From contig OZ024746.1 of NCBI GenBank assembly GCA_964016885.1, positions 8,432,001 to 8,496,000 on the forward strand: DNA of 64,000 bases, read 5' to 3'. The position numbers and the translations under genes were made by a program. Below, piece by piece: positions 1 to 15,093 of this stretch; within the stretch, counting starts at the first letter, position 1, and every line of letters begins with the position of its first letter. The DNA comes from Eledone cirrhosa. Lineage: Eukaryota. The notes under the pieces were generated by a model. The model had not been told where the DNA came from. It did no database searches and was given only the letters and a program-made list of their open reading frames with translations.

Positions 1-667
1 ACGAGGTTCTGAAAAGTTCCTGACATGGGGATCATCTAAAAGAAAATACAGGAGGATCAGTTAAGATAAAATACAGGGGGATCAGTTAAGATAAAATACA
101 GGGGGATCAGTTAAGATAAAATACAGGAGGATCAGTTAAGATAAAATACAGGGGGATCAGTTAAGATAAAATACATGGGGATCAGTTAATATAAAATACA
201 GGGGGATCAGTTAAGATAAAATACAGGGGGATCAGTTAAGATAAAATACAGGGGGATCAGTTAAGATAAAATACAGGGGGATCATCTAAAAGAAAATACC
301 GGGGGATCAGTTAAGATAAAATACAGGGGGGATCATCTAAAAGAAAATACAGGGGGATCAGTTAAGATAAAATACAGAGGGATCAGTTAGGATAAAATAC
401 ATGGGGATCAGTTAAGATAAAATACAGGGGGCATCAGTTAAAAGAAAATACAGGAGGATCAGTTAAGATAAAATACAGGGGGATCAGTTAAGATAAAATA
501 CAGGAGGATCAGTTAAAAGAAAATACAGAAGGATCAGTTAATTATGATTTTATTCAACATATTCCCCTCTCAAATCCACACAGTTATTGCAGTAGTCCTA
601 CCTCCCCTGTAAAGGTAACAGCTCTACCGATAACCTTAAAGCCAGGAACTTTTCAGCAACTCTTGTA
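1..667. mobile_element. Mariner-type MITE containing an internal minisatellite expansion
   Basis: Imperfect TIRs: ACGAGGTTCTGAAAAGTTCCTGAC (1-24) vs GCCAGGAACTTTTCAGCAACTCTTG (641-665) followed by TA. The left TA target site falls at the window edge. Confidence 0.6.
26..541. repeat. 25-bp minisatellite GGGGGATCAGTTAAGATAAAATACA, about 20 copies
   Basis: Read directly; variant units carry GGATCATCTAAAAGAAAATAC. Confidence 0.95.
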
Positions 668-1059
668 TATGTGAGGCTGATTTCATACAAAGTTCAGAAG
701 CTACACATTTTGTAAGATAGATATTAATCTGTTGAAACGATCCGAATACTTTATCAACCTTATGACAAGGAACAATAAAACTGAACTCAACAGAAATTAA
801 ATTTAGAAGATAGAAGAAGTGTAATAAATACGGTAAGGTACTTAATCCAACGTTATACTATTTCTGCAAACCCACAAGCTTCATTTAAAAGTTATAGTTG
901 TTATTTAACTCTGGTATGAGTGATCAAACACACTTAAGTTTAAAGGCCTTCTAATCGTGACCATCACGTCTTCTATTTTTAAAACTGTAGGATATGGTTT
1001 AAGTGGGATTTAACTGCTAGTTCTAATACGCTTCTCTTTTAAAGTTATAACAAATGAGG

Positions 1060-1373
1060 TTTGTTTTAATTTTTGATCCACCATTTTAATTGATGGTAAT
1101 TAATAGAAGTCTTCTCGTCAACCGAAGAGCTAGAAAAACAAGTATCTCCTGGGATATGAAGCTAGGCTATTGCAGGCTAACTTCTGAGATAAACTGCTCT
1201 TAACTGAATTAATTTGATTCACTTTATTAGTTTTTCTTCTACTGAAGCACGATTTAAATTAGGAAATATGTGAGACAAGTGTTAGTGATGTCACTGTTTG
1301 GTTTGATGGTAGCTTTTAACAATGTTCCAACACCACATCACATATATACACAAACACACATACACTTACACAA

Positions 1374-1440
<67 letters not shown>
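1060..1440 (+). repeat. Dispersed repeat, copy 1 (copy 2 at about 58500-58880)
   Basis: ATCTCCTGGGATATGAAGCTAGGCTATTGCAGGCTAACTTCTGAGATAAACTGC...ACACCACATCACATATATACACAAAC is near-identical at both loci. Confidence 0.85.
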
Positions 1441-1447
<7 letters not shown>

Positions 1448-1617
1448 TCACACACACGCACACACACGCGCGCGCGCACACACAGAGGCACAAACGCACA
1501 CACACGCACACACATATAATCTAATCATTAAATTTGACTGTTTATGCAAAATTTGGCACCGCAACCTCATGTAATGGCTGCATACCCAAATGTGTATGTA
1601 TGTGTGTGTGTGTGTGT

Positions 1618-1679
<62 letters not shown>

Positions 1680-1773
1680 ATGTGTGTGTGTATGTATGTA
1701 TGTGTGTGTGTATGTATGCATATATGTTCTGGTTATATTATTTTATAAATTTTCACCAACAGAAAGAGAGAGA

Positions 1774-1807
<34 letters not shown>

Positions 1808-1814
1808 TAGATAG

Positions 1815-1845
<31 letters not shown>

Positions 1846-3929
1846 TATAGCCGGTTTCTACCATAGGAACAAGACACTTTCATAAGAAGTTAGACAACAT
1901 ATTAACTAGGTAAATACATATGAATGTTGCATCTGTTGTCACATCCAGGTGTTTTGCCTGCATCTCTATCACTTTTGTGTGTCTGGTATTTCGTGACTGA
2001 AAAACCTTTGATCAGAGTTCTGTTCAATCAGGGCTGACGTGGAGCGTCACAACAGGAACTTAAATAATTTAATTTCTTAACCCTTTTTGACCATATTTTT
2101 ATACAAGAATATACTGCCACAATGTTTTAATAATACTGCCACAATGTTTTAATAACCAAGAATTAGTGAAATAGCTAACTTTTAACTTAGTAATAAAATA
2201 TATTATTTGTCAAATATGGAAACTTCAGTCCACGAATTGTAGATTCCGTCAGTTTCGTCTTCATTTCCAGAACCGACCGTAGCATCACTTTGAAACAGAA
2301 GACAGGATTTACAAACATTACCGTTTATTATTCATTGAGATTATGGCTGAGGGCAGAATCATTAGAACATTTTGCAGCAATTGTTCCAGTTCTTTACGTT
2401 CTCTGATCAAATTCCGTTCAACTTTATATTTCATCCTTCCAAGGTCAATAGAATAATGTATGCAAATGTTAACAACAAATTATTAACATGCTTATTAATA
2501 ACATTGAAAATAAATTGAAACTCAGACAACCACTTACCACTCCATAACAGGTGTAGTTTATTTCTCTCTCTCTCTCTCTTCTCTGAAAGAAATCAGCTAT
2601 TTTCTGACCTGGAGAAGGGACGAGCTCCCTCAAGTTTAGAGTGTCCAAGACATATGTCCCGGTGGTTCCCTTATGACTGCACCAGGAGTTACGGGTTTAT
2701 ACACACAACAGGTATAGTGTAATAAACAGATTATTAGTTTAGGAGAGCATAGATGTTAGAAAAGCGAAATCTAGAATCTCCCAGAGCTTACTTCCTACTT
2801 TTCGTTACTCGGCACAACTAAACCACACCCCAAAAAGTGTGGGTGATGGTAGGGAACTATCGTACTTTGCGACTAAACGTTTTAAAGGGAAACTCTTAAT
2901 TAATCTGCTTCATTCTCTATATATTTCTCATGTTTTATTAAAGAAATATAAACTTTCTTTTCAGGGATGATGAAAATAATTTAGAAATTACATAGTTTTG
3001 ATTGAGAATAGTGAGAACTCGAGATAGCCAAGTAACTATCTCGCAATTCTATACTTCTATGATAATTCTACTGTCGTGTCTTTAGAAGTGAAGGATTACT
3101 TCGTGTTAAAGTTGTATTTCGTGATTGATTTTTAAAAGCCTAAAATGACTATCATTTTCCTGTCATTTTCGTTTAATTTACACAGTAGAATGATGTATTC
3201 TGTTTTTACTCTCAGTGTTTATATTATTATTTTCTTTATATTTTGAGCATTATATTTTGTATTTTGTTGTTTTCACTTTTCGAATTCTTGTCAGTCGTAA
3301 TTATATTTTGATCACGTTGATTCTCAATTTTCTTTTTAAACCTCCAAAGCGATCCAATGTGGAAAAACTGAAAAATAGCTATGGAAACCCAGCTACGAAA
3401 TAATACACACCACATGCTTTTTACGCTACCCAAATTTCTTTATTTCAGGCTTTTTCATGGATAGCAGGAAACGTAAGCAACATCTATATTGCACATTGAT
3501 ATTTCAGTTATTTTCTAACATCGAATGTTTTTTTCTCTTCTTTTAGCTTTATTTAATGAGTTGCTAACGAAAGGTGAACGAACAAATCATTTAACAAGGA
3601 TGTCATATGTCAGCTAACTACGTCAATAATACAAACGACAATATATATGTATAATTCTATGTTGATAACATTATTTTCATTATATACCTCTGCATTAACG
3701 ATGTTCTGTGACCATCAAATCTTAAATAGATAGTTAAAGCTAGTATCTATAATTAAACTTAACCTTTGTCTTATTTAAACACGAGCAATTACATAACAAA
3801 AATACTTGGATGGGTCTCATTATATATAACCTATTCTATAAAATAGAAAAGATTCACAACGTAGATATTTCTCATAATATTAAAGTGGTGTTACCTCATC
3901 TCATGTCCGCAGTAAAGTATCACCAATCG

Positions 3930-4070
3930 AATAGTTTAGTGGTTAGAACACTGGGCTTGCAACCGAAAGGTTGTGAGTTCAATTATCGAACTGGGTGATG
4001 TGTTGTTTCCTTGAGCAAGACACTTTATTTCACGTTGTTCCAGTTTACTCAGCTGTAGAAATGAGATGAT
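3930..4070 (+). mobile_element. tRNA-derived CORE-like SINE (OR2-like), partial
   Basis: A-box-like TAGTTTAGTGG, B-box-like GAGTTCAATT, then TGTTTCCTTGAGCAAGACACTT (CORE-like domain). Confidence 0.6.
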
Positions 4071-4733
4071 AGGACTGGGGTCATTATCATTAACTCACCC
4101 AAGACACCTCCAACGAGATATACCTTGGAGGAGGCCAGCTAAACCTGCATAGGTGTGAGCTGTCTCACACACACACACACACACACAATCTAGATATAAC
4201 ATCTGAATACGATTATTCTATTACATCCATTTTATTTCACTTTTGTCGCTAAAGACACAAGAAAAGTATAAATATCTCTATCCCTTCTGTTATAAACCAA
4301 AAGAGGCTTCATGCCTAAGTAAAAAGTCCATATTTTATTAGAAGTGTAATGAACATATACATTAACACTCTGTACTCTTGGATCCACAGTTCAGGCGTTC
4401 GACTTCCATTGGAAGCGCTTGATTGTGTTTGTTGTGAAGTCAAATACCTTCCCTTGAACTCCAATAAAAACTTGATGCATGCATTATTGTCAGTAAATAT
4501 CATATAATAGGGATTTAACTAGAGATACGACAGTTTGGGGGGCAACGTTTCTACAATATAATACTAATAAATTGTCAAGCTAACCAGGGTATTTCTATGT
4601 AGTGGATCGAACTGCAGGAAGTAACATCGACACTGCATCTTTAAAGAGGAAGGTCATCTTGGAAAATGTGGTTCCAGGCATAATATGCCTGGAACTATTT
4701 AAATCCATCTGGAGATAACATTTGGTAAAGCTC

Positions 4734-4880
4734 CAGCAGCAGCAGCAGCAGCAGCGGCGGCGGCGGCAGCGGCGGCAGCAGCAGCAGAAGCAGAAGCAGC
4801 AGCAGCAGCGGCGGCAGCAGCAGCAACATCAGCATCATCTGCGATAGCGACAATAGGAACAGCAACAACAACAATAACGA
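4734..4880. repeat. Compound CAG/CGG/CAA trinucleotide microsatellite
   Basis: Read directly; no flanking splice sites or conserved ORF seen. Confidence 0.85.
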
Positions 4881-5161
4881 CACGTTGGAAAAAAAGGTAG
4901 TTTTAGATACACTATGTTCAAATAAAAGACGGGATAGTCATGATAGGAACGCCTTTGACCATAGAGCTTCTCGATCAGTGCTAAACAACAACAACAACAA
5001 CCGTTCCCCCCTCCCCCAGTCAAGAATACACCCCACTTCGATTTTGGTTGACAATTGACAATACTGATCCCACTTATACCTTTAAGAAAGGAGTAAACGT
5101 TAATCTGTCCCAGTCGATAAAATAAAACATAAACCGATACAAATGAAGTGCAATGTTAAAA

Positions 5162-5762
5162 TAATGGTTTCTTATATAGGCACAAGGCAAGCAATTTTGC
5201 GGGAGGGGAAAGTCGATTAAATCGACCTCAGTGCGTGACTGGTACTTTATTTTATCGACCCCGTAAGGATGAAAGGCAAAGTTAGCCTCGGCGGGATTTG
5301 AACTCAGGCCATAAAGGGGCGTAACTCTATGCTGGAAAGCATGGCGTCCGACCGTCTACCGCATAGTAAATAATTGTTTCTACTTTTAGCACAAGGCCAG
5401 CAATTATTCCAGTGTATTACTGGTACTTTATTTTATCGACCCCGTAAGGATGAAAGGCAAAGTTTACTTCGGCGGGATTTGAACTCAGAATGGCAAGGGC
5501 CCTAAATCTATGCGTCAAAGCATGGCGTCCGACCCTCTACCGATACTGCCAATCCACTGCCCTTAGTAAATAATTGTTTCTACTTTAGGCACAAGGCCAG
5601 CAATTACCCAGTGCATTACTGGTACTTTATTTTATCGACCCCGTAAGGAAGAAAGGCAAAGTCAACCTCGGCGGGATTTGAACTCAGATCGTAAAGGGAC
5701 GTAACTATGCTGGAAAGCATGGCGTCCGACCCTCTACCGATACTGCCAATCTACCGCCCTTA
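5162..5762 (-). mobile_element. Three head-to-tail copies of tRNA-derived OR1-like SINE
   Basis: The block CTGGTACTTTATTTTATCGACCCCGTAAGGA(T/A)GAAAGGCAAAG...GGCGGGATTTGAACTCAG (reverse B box) occurs three times. Confidence 0.85.
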
Positions 5763-6823
5763 GTAAATAATGTTAGTTTATAACTGTGGTAATGCGCCAT
5801 CAATCCAGATACAACAACACTACCATCAGATCTTTCTATTACGCTGGAGTAATACAAAATAGTTGTATTACCGTAAATGTGTGATTTGAGACATAGTAAA
5901 TATTTCCTCCTATATATCATGCGATCATCTCAGTATCTCCCTCCCCCACTCTCCTTCTCTCTCTAATAGTTTAAAAGAAAGAATATACAACAATACATGT
6001 AATAATTCTTGTAATAACAACAGTTGTATGCTCTAGTCAAACATATTTAGCCTTGTTACATATGCGACATTCCGATGTGTATTACAATAGCAACTATTCT
6101 GCGCGATTTCGTTGTCTGTGCATCAGCTACTTTAACACTATGTTGCATTAACACAGCTTCGCTACATCATGCTGTTGTCCTGCACACATTTCTCTCTCTA
6201 TAGTATTATTTTTAAATGCTTTGTTGTTGTGTGATGTGTGATGCAGCTTTTTTGTTGCGTTTTACAGCGTTTGTGGCGAGGTACGAACTCCCTGGAAGAA
6301 GCAATTACGTTCAACGTTAGTTAATATATCTCTATCAGATATTTTTGCTTTAAATCCTTCACTAGATTTCCTTCGTCTGAATTCAATACGGAAGACATTC
6401 ATACAAGTCATATGTATAAAAATATGAGAAAGAAACAAACCCAAAGGCAGCTGTAAGTAAATGGTTATTTGCTGATAGGCAGTAAAAATGTCAATAATAA
6501 TTTAGTTGCACGGATAAAAATCTTAATATCTTAATTCTAGCGGTTATTCAACCCCCCCCCCCCCCCCCACACACACAGACACACACACATATATATATAT
6601 ATATATATGTAACTGGAATAGCATATGAATAATGGTGAACTCATTCGTTTTGTAGGCATGAAGCCTATAGCCTATATATAGAATTATGAAAATAAAGCAA
6701 TGATGATGATGATGATGTTAATAATACTGATAATAAACATATCACCAAAAGTAAGTGTAAAACTAATAACAATAATATGTAATAATAATAATAATAGTAA
6801 TAATAATAGTAATAATAATAATA

Positions 6824-6866
<43 letters not shown>

Positions 6867-7852
6867 GTAATAATAATGATATATATATATATATCTACGT
6901 ATATATATATACATATATATATGTATATATATGTATATATATATATAAAGATAGAAAGACATGATAAAAGGAATTGATTTTAGTATTATGTGGAATATTT
7001 GCAGAGCGTCCATAATATTGTTTTGAACGAACATAAAAGATCAGAATACTTCTTTCATTTATTTTCAACATTTAGTTGATAGTAAAGTTAACATTCTTTA
7101 GTTTTTATATTATAGATATCAGATAGTAAACTAAAGCATTGAAGCATTGCAACATAAAATAAATTAAATATAAAGGCTGTAAAACGTTTTTCCTTATAGA
7201 TGGAATAAGAATTGGTTTCATCCAAAGATCGAAAAGAGATATTAAAAATATATATAACTTAACAAAACAGCAAAAAATTAATGCAAGCATCGAAACAAAA
7301 CAAGAAAAGATTCGTATTTATTTTTGTTTGTAACTGTTTATCGAAGCGATCATTCTGACAATACATTCATGTTCGGTTTCTTTCACCTTTTATGATAGAA
7401 TCATTCGCCACTATTGTTTTTGTTTTTAAATGATAATTTTGTCAGCCATTTTGTTTTTCAAATAACAATGCTTATGAAGTATTATTTACTTGTTTATTTC
7501 ATCAATTTTCACCGAGGTGAATTAGTGTGGCCTGTCTGTTTAGACCAATCGTTGATTCATCCAATGTTCTTATATTCTTTTTTATTGCACTATGACTTGA
7601 TAAGCCATGATATTATTAAAATATTGATCAGATTTAAAACGCACATATCTGGTTGAGAGGAATGATGTAGACGAGACTAACATTTACAATAGGAACAACA
7701 ACAACGACAGAAAAACAAAACAACAAACGATAGTAACAATACGGCACGGCAGCAGCAAGGAAAGAATTTTATTAGCATTCTGTATTGATCATTTCGTACT
7801 TGAAACCTTTGTCAAATTAACTCAGTATCTTAGAAAGAGCAAGCAGAAGAAT

Positions 7853-7909
<57 letters not shown>

Positions 7910-8009
7910 CACACATATATATGCACACACACACACATATGTACACACATACACACATACACACATAGATGCACACAGACACATGTTTATGTTTTCTGTT
8001 TTGCGTTAT

Positions 8010-8094
<85 letters not shown>

Positions 8095-8544
8095 TATATG
8101 CCTTTCTGTTTTGAGTCACGTAGCACTAGATTTGACCCGAATATCTTACAATAGATGAATAAATAGCAAGTCAGACTCGATAGTGTTTAACTTCAGAGCA
8201 ACGAAGCATGGAACTAGAAATACTCGCCTCTTTAATTTAAAAAATAAGGATTTTTTAAACCTTAACACAAAGTATAAACTGAAAGTAGATGTCAATTTAA
8301 TCTACCTAAATACTATTCTTCACTGTTGTTGGACCTACATTATTCCCGACGATAAAGTCTACTATCCAAGTAGGCAACCGTGGGATTTGAACATAAAGTA
8401 AAAATAAATACTATGAAACATCTCATCCGAGGCTTTAAGAATCCCCTAATTCTCCGCTGTAGGCTGGTAGTTTATTCTATCGATGAAATGCAAAGTAGAC
8501 TTCAGTGCAATTTGAACTCAGAGTGTAGTGAGTCAGAACAAATT

Positions 8545-8805
8545 CTTAGACTCAGCAAACCGGTGCTTATCCCCGGTTTCCTTGGTGTTAAGGGATTAAG
8601 AGTACAATAATCTCTGGATAGGACGCCTGTCTATCGCAAGATTAACTCCCCAGCTACTGCTGGTACTCACTCTCAGCTGAGTCTACGGGAGCAATGTGAA
8701 ATAACGTGTTTTACTCAAGAAATCAACACAGCAGCCTGTCCAGGAATAGAACCGATGACATTACGATCATTCGACAAACATCCTAACCATTAGGCCATGC
8801 AGCTT
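8545..8805 (-). mobile_element. CORE-like SINE (OR2-like), diverged
   Basis: Reverse complement matches the 32955-33230 and 52185-52432 copies. Confidence 0.6.
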
Positions 8806-9357
8806 CATAATCAGAACATTAGAACAAATACCGCAAGTAACATTTTTTTTTACACTCTAACGAGTTTGTTAATTCACCGTTATGTCAGAAATTGATATAT
8901 TATCAATGAAATATGCAAACGTAAGTTAAAATTAGTTAAAACTTTAATTAAAATAATAAACAGTATTATATCACATGTATGTTAGCCGAAAGCCGAGGGT
9001 TATTAAATATATCTCATGCAATGTCTATCTAATGAACATCTTTAACCTCAAGCAATAATATACAACCAAGAAAAGGGAAAGGAAATAAGATTTTCCTAAC
9101 AATAGACAAATAAAATGAACTCTATTTTACAGCAGCCTAAACAATTATCAATTTTCTTTTAAACAAACTTGATAATTGACATAAATATACATGCCTACAT
9201 AATACATACATACATACATACATACACGTACATATTTACCCACCCACACGCATTCACACACATATATATATATATACGCACGTACATACATATATTCATA
9301 CATGCATACATACATACATATATAATACATACATGCGTACATGCATACGTTCATAAT

Positions 9358-9461
<104 letters not shown>

Positions 9462-11119
9462 CATGCATAAATAAATACATACATAATACATACAAAAATA
9501 ATACATACATACATACATACATACATACAGGCAATTTTCCTTCCAGTCAGGAAAAAAACCAAACAATATTATATGCTAAGAAAATGGCCGCATGTTAGTG
9601 AAACATTACCCAGAATATATTCAGGTCTATTAAATATTCTACTTCGGCTAAGTTCCTCAATATTGACTTACTATCACGGAAACAATTTTTTGAAATGTAT
9701 TTAATTTAAACAGGAGCGGCGTAATTTATTGTTCAATTCTAATTAAATATTAGCGAAAAACTCCAATTTAGTGACGTTCCAGTATTTAATTTATCACGCC
9801 AAATCTGTTTGTATTCATGTCAACGATAATTATTGCAATTTTTAATTTACAACAAAATTACTCAGATTGTTCCTTTTGTACAATTTTGCTTTCTACAAAA
9901 TAATCCGGTCTTTCATAGTAAAAACAAAATAGTTTTTAATCTTAGTTTTAATTCACACTCGAATTACAAAACTGTCCTCGCACAGAAACCCTAGGATGAC
10001 AATTAGTTTTCGTTATTATCTTCATGTATAACAGAATCTCTATAACATTATTAAACAGTAATAAATAGATAGTAATTTAAGCTTGAACACGTCTTGTAGA
10101 TTATAAAGCAAAACAATAAAATAGTTGTTAACAAAAATATATAACTTGTTTATATAAACATTAAGAATTAAATAAACAACAATTAAGAGGGTTATTATCA
10201 AACATCCGTAGAAATGATCAAATTTTAGTTACGAGAAAATTCTACTTAAAAGAATTCTCATTTATCGCGATCCAATTTTTCTCTGCTTCATTTCAGTGTG
10301 TTCAATAATATATCAAGCTTTCTGGCAAACTTGCTTTCCATATTGTTGTTAAACTTGCATTAAATGGAACAGAGAAGAACGATTCTCAGAATGTTTAGCC
10401 AATCTGTAGTAGTAGCGCTTCTGTTCTTTTTAAACGTATTGAAATAAATTTGGTTTCCCAATTCTTGCTATAACAACTATCTTACTACAACTTGGTTACC
10501 AGTTAATCTTTTTGTAAAGTCTTTTAAACTATTGGCCCAAGGTGTACCCACCAAATACTTTTTCTTTGTGCGATATTATCATTCTTCTTCAAGTAAAAGA
10601 AAATAGACAATTTTATAGGATTAAACCCAAATATGTTTAAGAACAGAAAATAGGACGCTATGAGGCTTATTTATTATGAAGGATATTGGCAATAGCACAT
10701 TTTAAATCAAAATATTGTTCACACGTCGAATAAGGTCGCTTAATCGTTTGGTTAAATCTCTCGTTCATTTTCCAGTATGAAGAAGTAGAACGATTTATAT
10801 TGAATATTTAGGTTCTTTGTGATTTCCAGAGAACAACAAATGAAATGCATAGATGAAGGTCAACGAATAAGCCACCATGTGGCTACTGTAGTACACAAAA
10901 TAACAGTCAAATTGATGAAAGGAAGAAAGAAGAGTCATTCACAGAAACAATAGAAATAAATAAATAAATAATATTGAAGAATGATTAAAGACACAAACAT
11001 TTAGTAAAGGTCAGATTATTAATCAAAGTAAAAAGTTTTAGGGACAATGTCCCCACATATAGACTATTGCGTAGCTCGTAGCTTCCGTAAATCTTTATAA
11101 AACTATGTTTCTACTTAAG

Positions 11120-11450
11120 ACTAGCCGCAACCTGGTGCAGTCTGCGACTAACCCAGGTTCTGCTGCACGTCGGGCTGAGGAGGCCAAACTCTTCAAATAC
11201 CGGTCGCTCTCCGACAGGTTTGAGGTTGTTCCCTTGGCAGTGGAGACTTCTGGTGTCCTCGGCCCTAGGGCTACCTCCCTACTCACCACCATAGGCGTTG
11301 AGCTGGCCAGCCGCAGGTGTGAGCTTCACGAGCTGGAATGGCTTTTCCAGCGCGTCTCCCTTGCCGTCCTCCGGGGAAACGCCGCCTCCATTCTGTCCAC
11401 CGGGGAAGCCACCAATATGGTTGACTCACTTGTCATTTTATCAGTCATGT
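11120..11450 (+). mobile_element. 3' fragment of a CRE-like non-LTR retrotransposon (restriction-like endonuclease C-terminus)
   Basis: Translates to SATNPGSAARRAEEAKLFKYRSL...VPLAVETSGVLGP...WLFQRVSLAVLRGNA; GC-rich; closely similar to the 25880-26472 copy. Confidence 0.8.
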
Positions 11451-11902
11451 TTTTAGACTGTAGTATAGACAGTTTATCAGGAGGATCAATGCTAGTGTTA
11501 CCGTATATATTTGTGTTGTTGTTGTTGATAGCAATTGTCTCTAGATCCCCCCCCCCTCGCCAATTCTTAAGACTAGCTATGGAAACATTTCAACATTTTT
11601 GTGTTAATCTAAAATGATTGGGAGAGAGAAAAAAGACAATGTCAATGGCGCAGCAAGAGGAAGGCGAGGAAAGAATAAAGATAGGCGCAGGTGTGAAGTG
11701 GCACAAAGTATGGATGCCCAAAATGTCTATATACTCGGGCGTGAGAACCTTTGCTACGTCTTTGGCTAAGATAGTAGATAGTTCAATATTGTATATAATA
11801 TATTTTGTGGAATGTGTTTGTATAGTTTCATCCGTCTGTCTGTATCTCATATGTAAAGGCCTTTAGATATTTATGAGTTATTATACTTAATCTACGTAGT
11901 AG

Positions 11903-12095
11903 AGGGTGGTGGAGTGGCAGTATCGGTAGACAGTCGGACGCCATGCTTTGCAGCAAAGAGTTACGGCCCTTTATGGTCTGAGTTCAAATCCCGTCGAGGT
12001 TAACTTTGCCTTTCATCCTTACGGGGTCGATAAAATAAAGTACCAGTAATACACTGAGATAATTGGTGGCCTTGTGCCATAAGTAGAGACAATTA
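11903..12095 (+). mobile_element. OR1-like tRNA SINE
   Basis: GGGTGGTGGAGTGGCAGTATCGGTAGA...GAGTTCAAATCCC...GGCCTTGTGCC...ACAATTA. Confidence 0.85.
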
Positions 12096-12282
12096 TAGCT
12101 AATCTACAGAGTAAAGGGATCTCTTACACACACACATATATACACTCACATACACATACACTCACATACACACCCACTCACACACACACACATACACATA
12201 CATACACTCACCTATACAAGAAGACACACGCTCACACACACGCACTGTAATTCGCCATCTCTCTCTCTCTCTCTCTCTCTCG

Positions 12283-12353
<71 letters not shown>

Positions 12354-12826
12354 CACACACAGGTACATAACTCTCAAATGTAGGTATCTGTTCCTACAAC
12401 ATATTTTCTGTTCACTGCACACCACTAACAATATATTTGCTCCTTTATTTTTTACTGCAACTGTTCAAGCTTTGCACATATAATACGCTACAGCTTATTC
12501 GACACAGAATGCTCATCTTTGCAATAAAATAGTTATATTCCTATTCCGTACACGTCTGCCGCTAATGCACTTCAATGCTAGTTGCTCTATTATATTAATA
12601 TGTTCGTTTATATTATTCTCAAATTCCATTTATCATTATATTCTGTTTTATATTTCTCTTACATTGTTTATGCTCATTTTTTTTTTTTTACATATTCAAG
12701 CCAATTGATTTGATGACGATGATGATATTGTTGATGACGATGATGATGATATTGATATATATGTAATGTAATGTATATAACACGCACACGTATATATAAT
12801 GTATATATATAATGTATATATATATA

Positions 12827-12933
<107 letters not shown>

Positions 12934-12955
12934 GTAATAATAATAAATGTGAAGA

Positions 12956-13016
<61 letters not shown>

Positions 13017-13303
13017 TATTTAGAATGTATATATATACATATATACATATGTGTGTGTGTTTATACATAATTTGTTTAATTTTTTATTTATTTATTATTT
13101 TGTTTATTTTAATTGTTTACTTTCGTAAATATTCTTAAACATTCATTGCCACCAGTTGTATCATATACGTACATATATGCGTATATACATACTTGCATAT
13201 ATGCATACATACCTATATACATGCATACATACATATATACATACTAGGCATAGAGGCATGCACATTTGCAGAAATACAGTGCACACATAACTCACAGACC
13301 CCC

Positions 13304-13348
<45 letters not shown>

Positions 13349-13370
13349 TATAAAAATACATATATATATG

Positions 13371-13401
<31 letters not shown>

Positions 13402-13459
13402 GTATATAGAATAAGAAAATGCGAAGTAGTAACAGATGTTAAAGTCCTTTATTGATAAG

Positions 13460-13534
13460 GCTGTGATACATATTTTAATGACGACAGTGGCCGCGCAATT
13501 CCGCGTCCCCAGTGCCATGATCTCATTAGACAGC
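13460..13534 (-). ncRNA. Degenerate type I hammerhead motif near a (TA)n tract
   Basis: Minus strand reads GCTGT-CTAATGA-[long imperfect stem II]-TAAAA-TATGTA-TC-ACAGC. Stem I pairs, but core G residues are mutated. Confidence 0.45.
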
Positions 13535-14274
13535 TTATATAAAATAACAATCTGACCTAAACCGTCTGAATCTTGACGAGTTTATATCGTCTTAATTATT
13601 GATTCTTTCTTCATTACAGATTTGATATATAACATTACTCTGCAACATTGTTTTATTCTTGATTTTTAAGGTAAAACCCTTGTTTGGCTAATTTTAAAAT
13701 GCTAATTCCAAATATTCCATTAGGTATTGTCTACCTCGTCAACATTAGTCGCTAAGCAAATTCGAAAGTCATTACCTTTGAAAGGTAGGTTTAACCATTC
13801 TGTTAATTTATAATCGATATAGTATCTACAAAACCTTTTCAACATGAAAGTCAACTTAATTTCTTATAAAATCTATAGGTCAGTACTGTGTACTTGTTAT
13901 ATTACAGTGAATGATTTAAGGAACGAAGTTCTAGGTTAATATTCTAATTATAAAGAGGGAGGATACCTACATCACTATAAAACATATAGTACATTATAGT
14001 GCTTGAAAATATTTTCCAGGTTAACTCCTCAATAGAAAGAAAATGTCTGGCATAGGATCTTAAGATAGAGAAAGTATCAACTGATAATAGTTATTAACTG
14101 AGAAAGGCTGTAAAGCAGATAAGCTCTTTCTTGTGAAGATTAGTCTGTAAACTTTGAAAGGTTATATGAATGAGAGAACCGTTTGAAATGTATCTTAGAC
14201 AGGTTTCTTATTTTTATTAGCTGAGGGCTTGTTAAAAAAAGTGGTTGCACTAAATTTCCTTTTTTGTGTGTTTA

Positions 14275-14537
14275 TGGACACCATGCTTTGACGCATAGAG
14301 TTACGGTCCTTGCCAATCTGAGTTCAAATCCCGTCGAGATTAACTTTGGGGCGGTGCATTGACAGTATCGGTAGAGGGTTAGATGCCATACTTTCTAGCA
14401 TACTTACGTCCCTTTACGGTCTGAGTTCAAATCCCGTCGAGGTTAACTTTGCCTTTCATCCTTACGGGGTCGATAAAATAAAGTACCAGTAATGTACTGG
14501 GTAGTTGCTGGCCTTGTGCCAAAAGTATAAACAATTA
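14275..14537 (+). mobile_element. OR1-like SINE (partial plus full copy)
   Basis: Two GAGTTCAAATCCCGTCGAG B-box blocks and one complete 3' end. Confidence 0.8.
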
Positions 14538-14889
14538 TTACGTTATTTTAGTGAGAGTTGATGTATTTCATTGTATTTGGTTATAGTTGGATATTAAAAG
14601 AGTGTAATAAGATATTGGTAATTATGAATATTTGAAAAACAAAAATGGACGATCTAATTTCCATAAAAAAGTTTAATGTAGCAACTAAATATAAAAGGGC
14701 AAAGTCCTCCCATAAAACAGCTAAAATGATTATAGTAACTATTATAATATATAATTGCCAATAATATAGGCATTTAATGTGTAGTATATTGCTAGAATTG
14801 TGTAGTATATTGCTAGTATATTGTATAACGTTACGTCATACAAATCTAAGAGATGTGAAACCAGCACTCAGAAAATGTACACACGCACA

Positions 14890-14948
<59 letters not shown>

Positions 14949-14981
14949 CCATGTAAATACACACATACCCACACATACACC

Positions 14982-15033
<52 letters not shown>

Positions 15034-15093
15034 TAGATATAGATATATATAGATAGATAAATACACGGGTGTGTATGATTGTGTATAGAAGAT

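Noticed and set aside
26-541. CRISPR-like appearance of this array and those at 28320 and 59419
   Set aside because: Units are contiguous with no unique spacers, the context is eukaryotic, and there are no cas genes.
3930-4000. tRNA gene-like heads here and at 32955 and 57995
   Set aside because: No proper cloverleaf; at 3930 and 32955 they run into CORE-like SINE body sequence, so they are SINE heads rather than tRNA genes.
6268-6452. Candidate upstream exon (TTTACAG| ... GCT|GTAAGT; MYKNMRKKQTQRQ)
   Set aside because: Its ATG frame ends in phase 2, incompatible with the phase-1 acceptor of exon A, and no bridging exon was found. It could still be a UTR exon.
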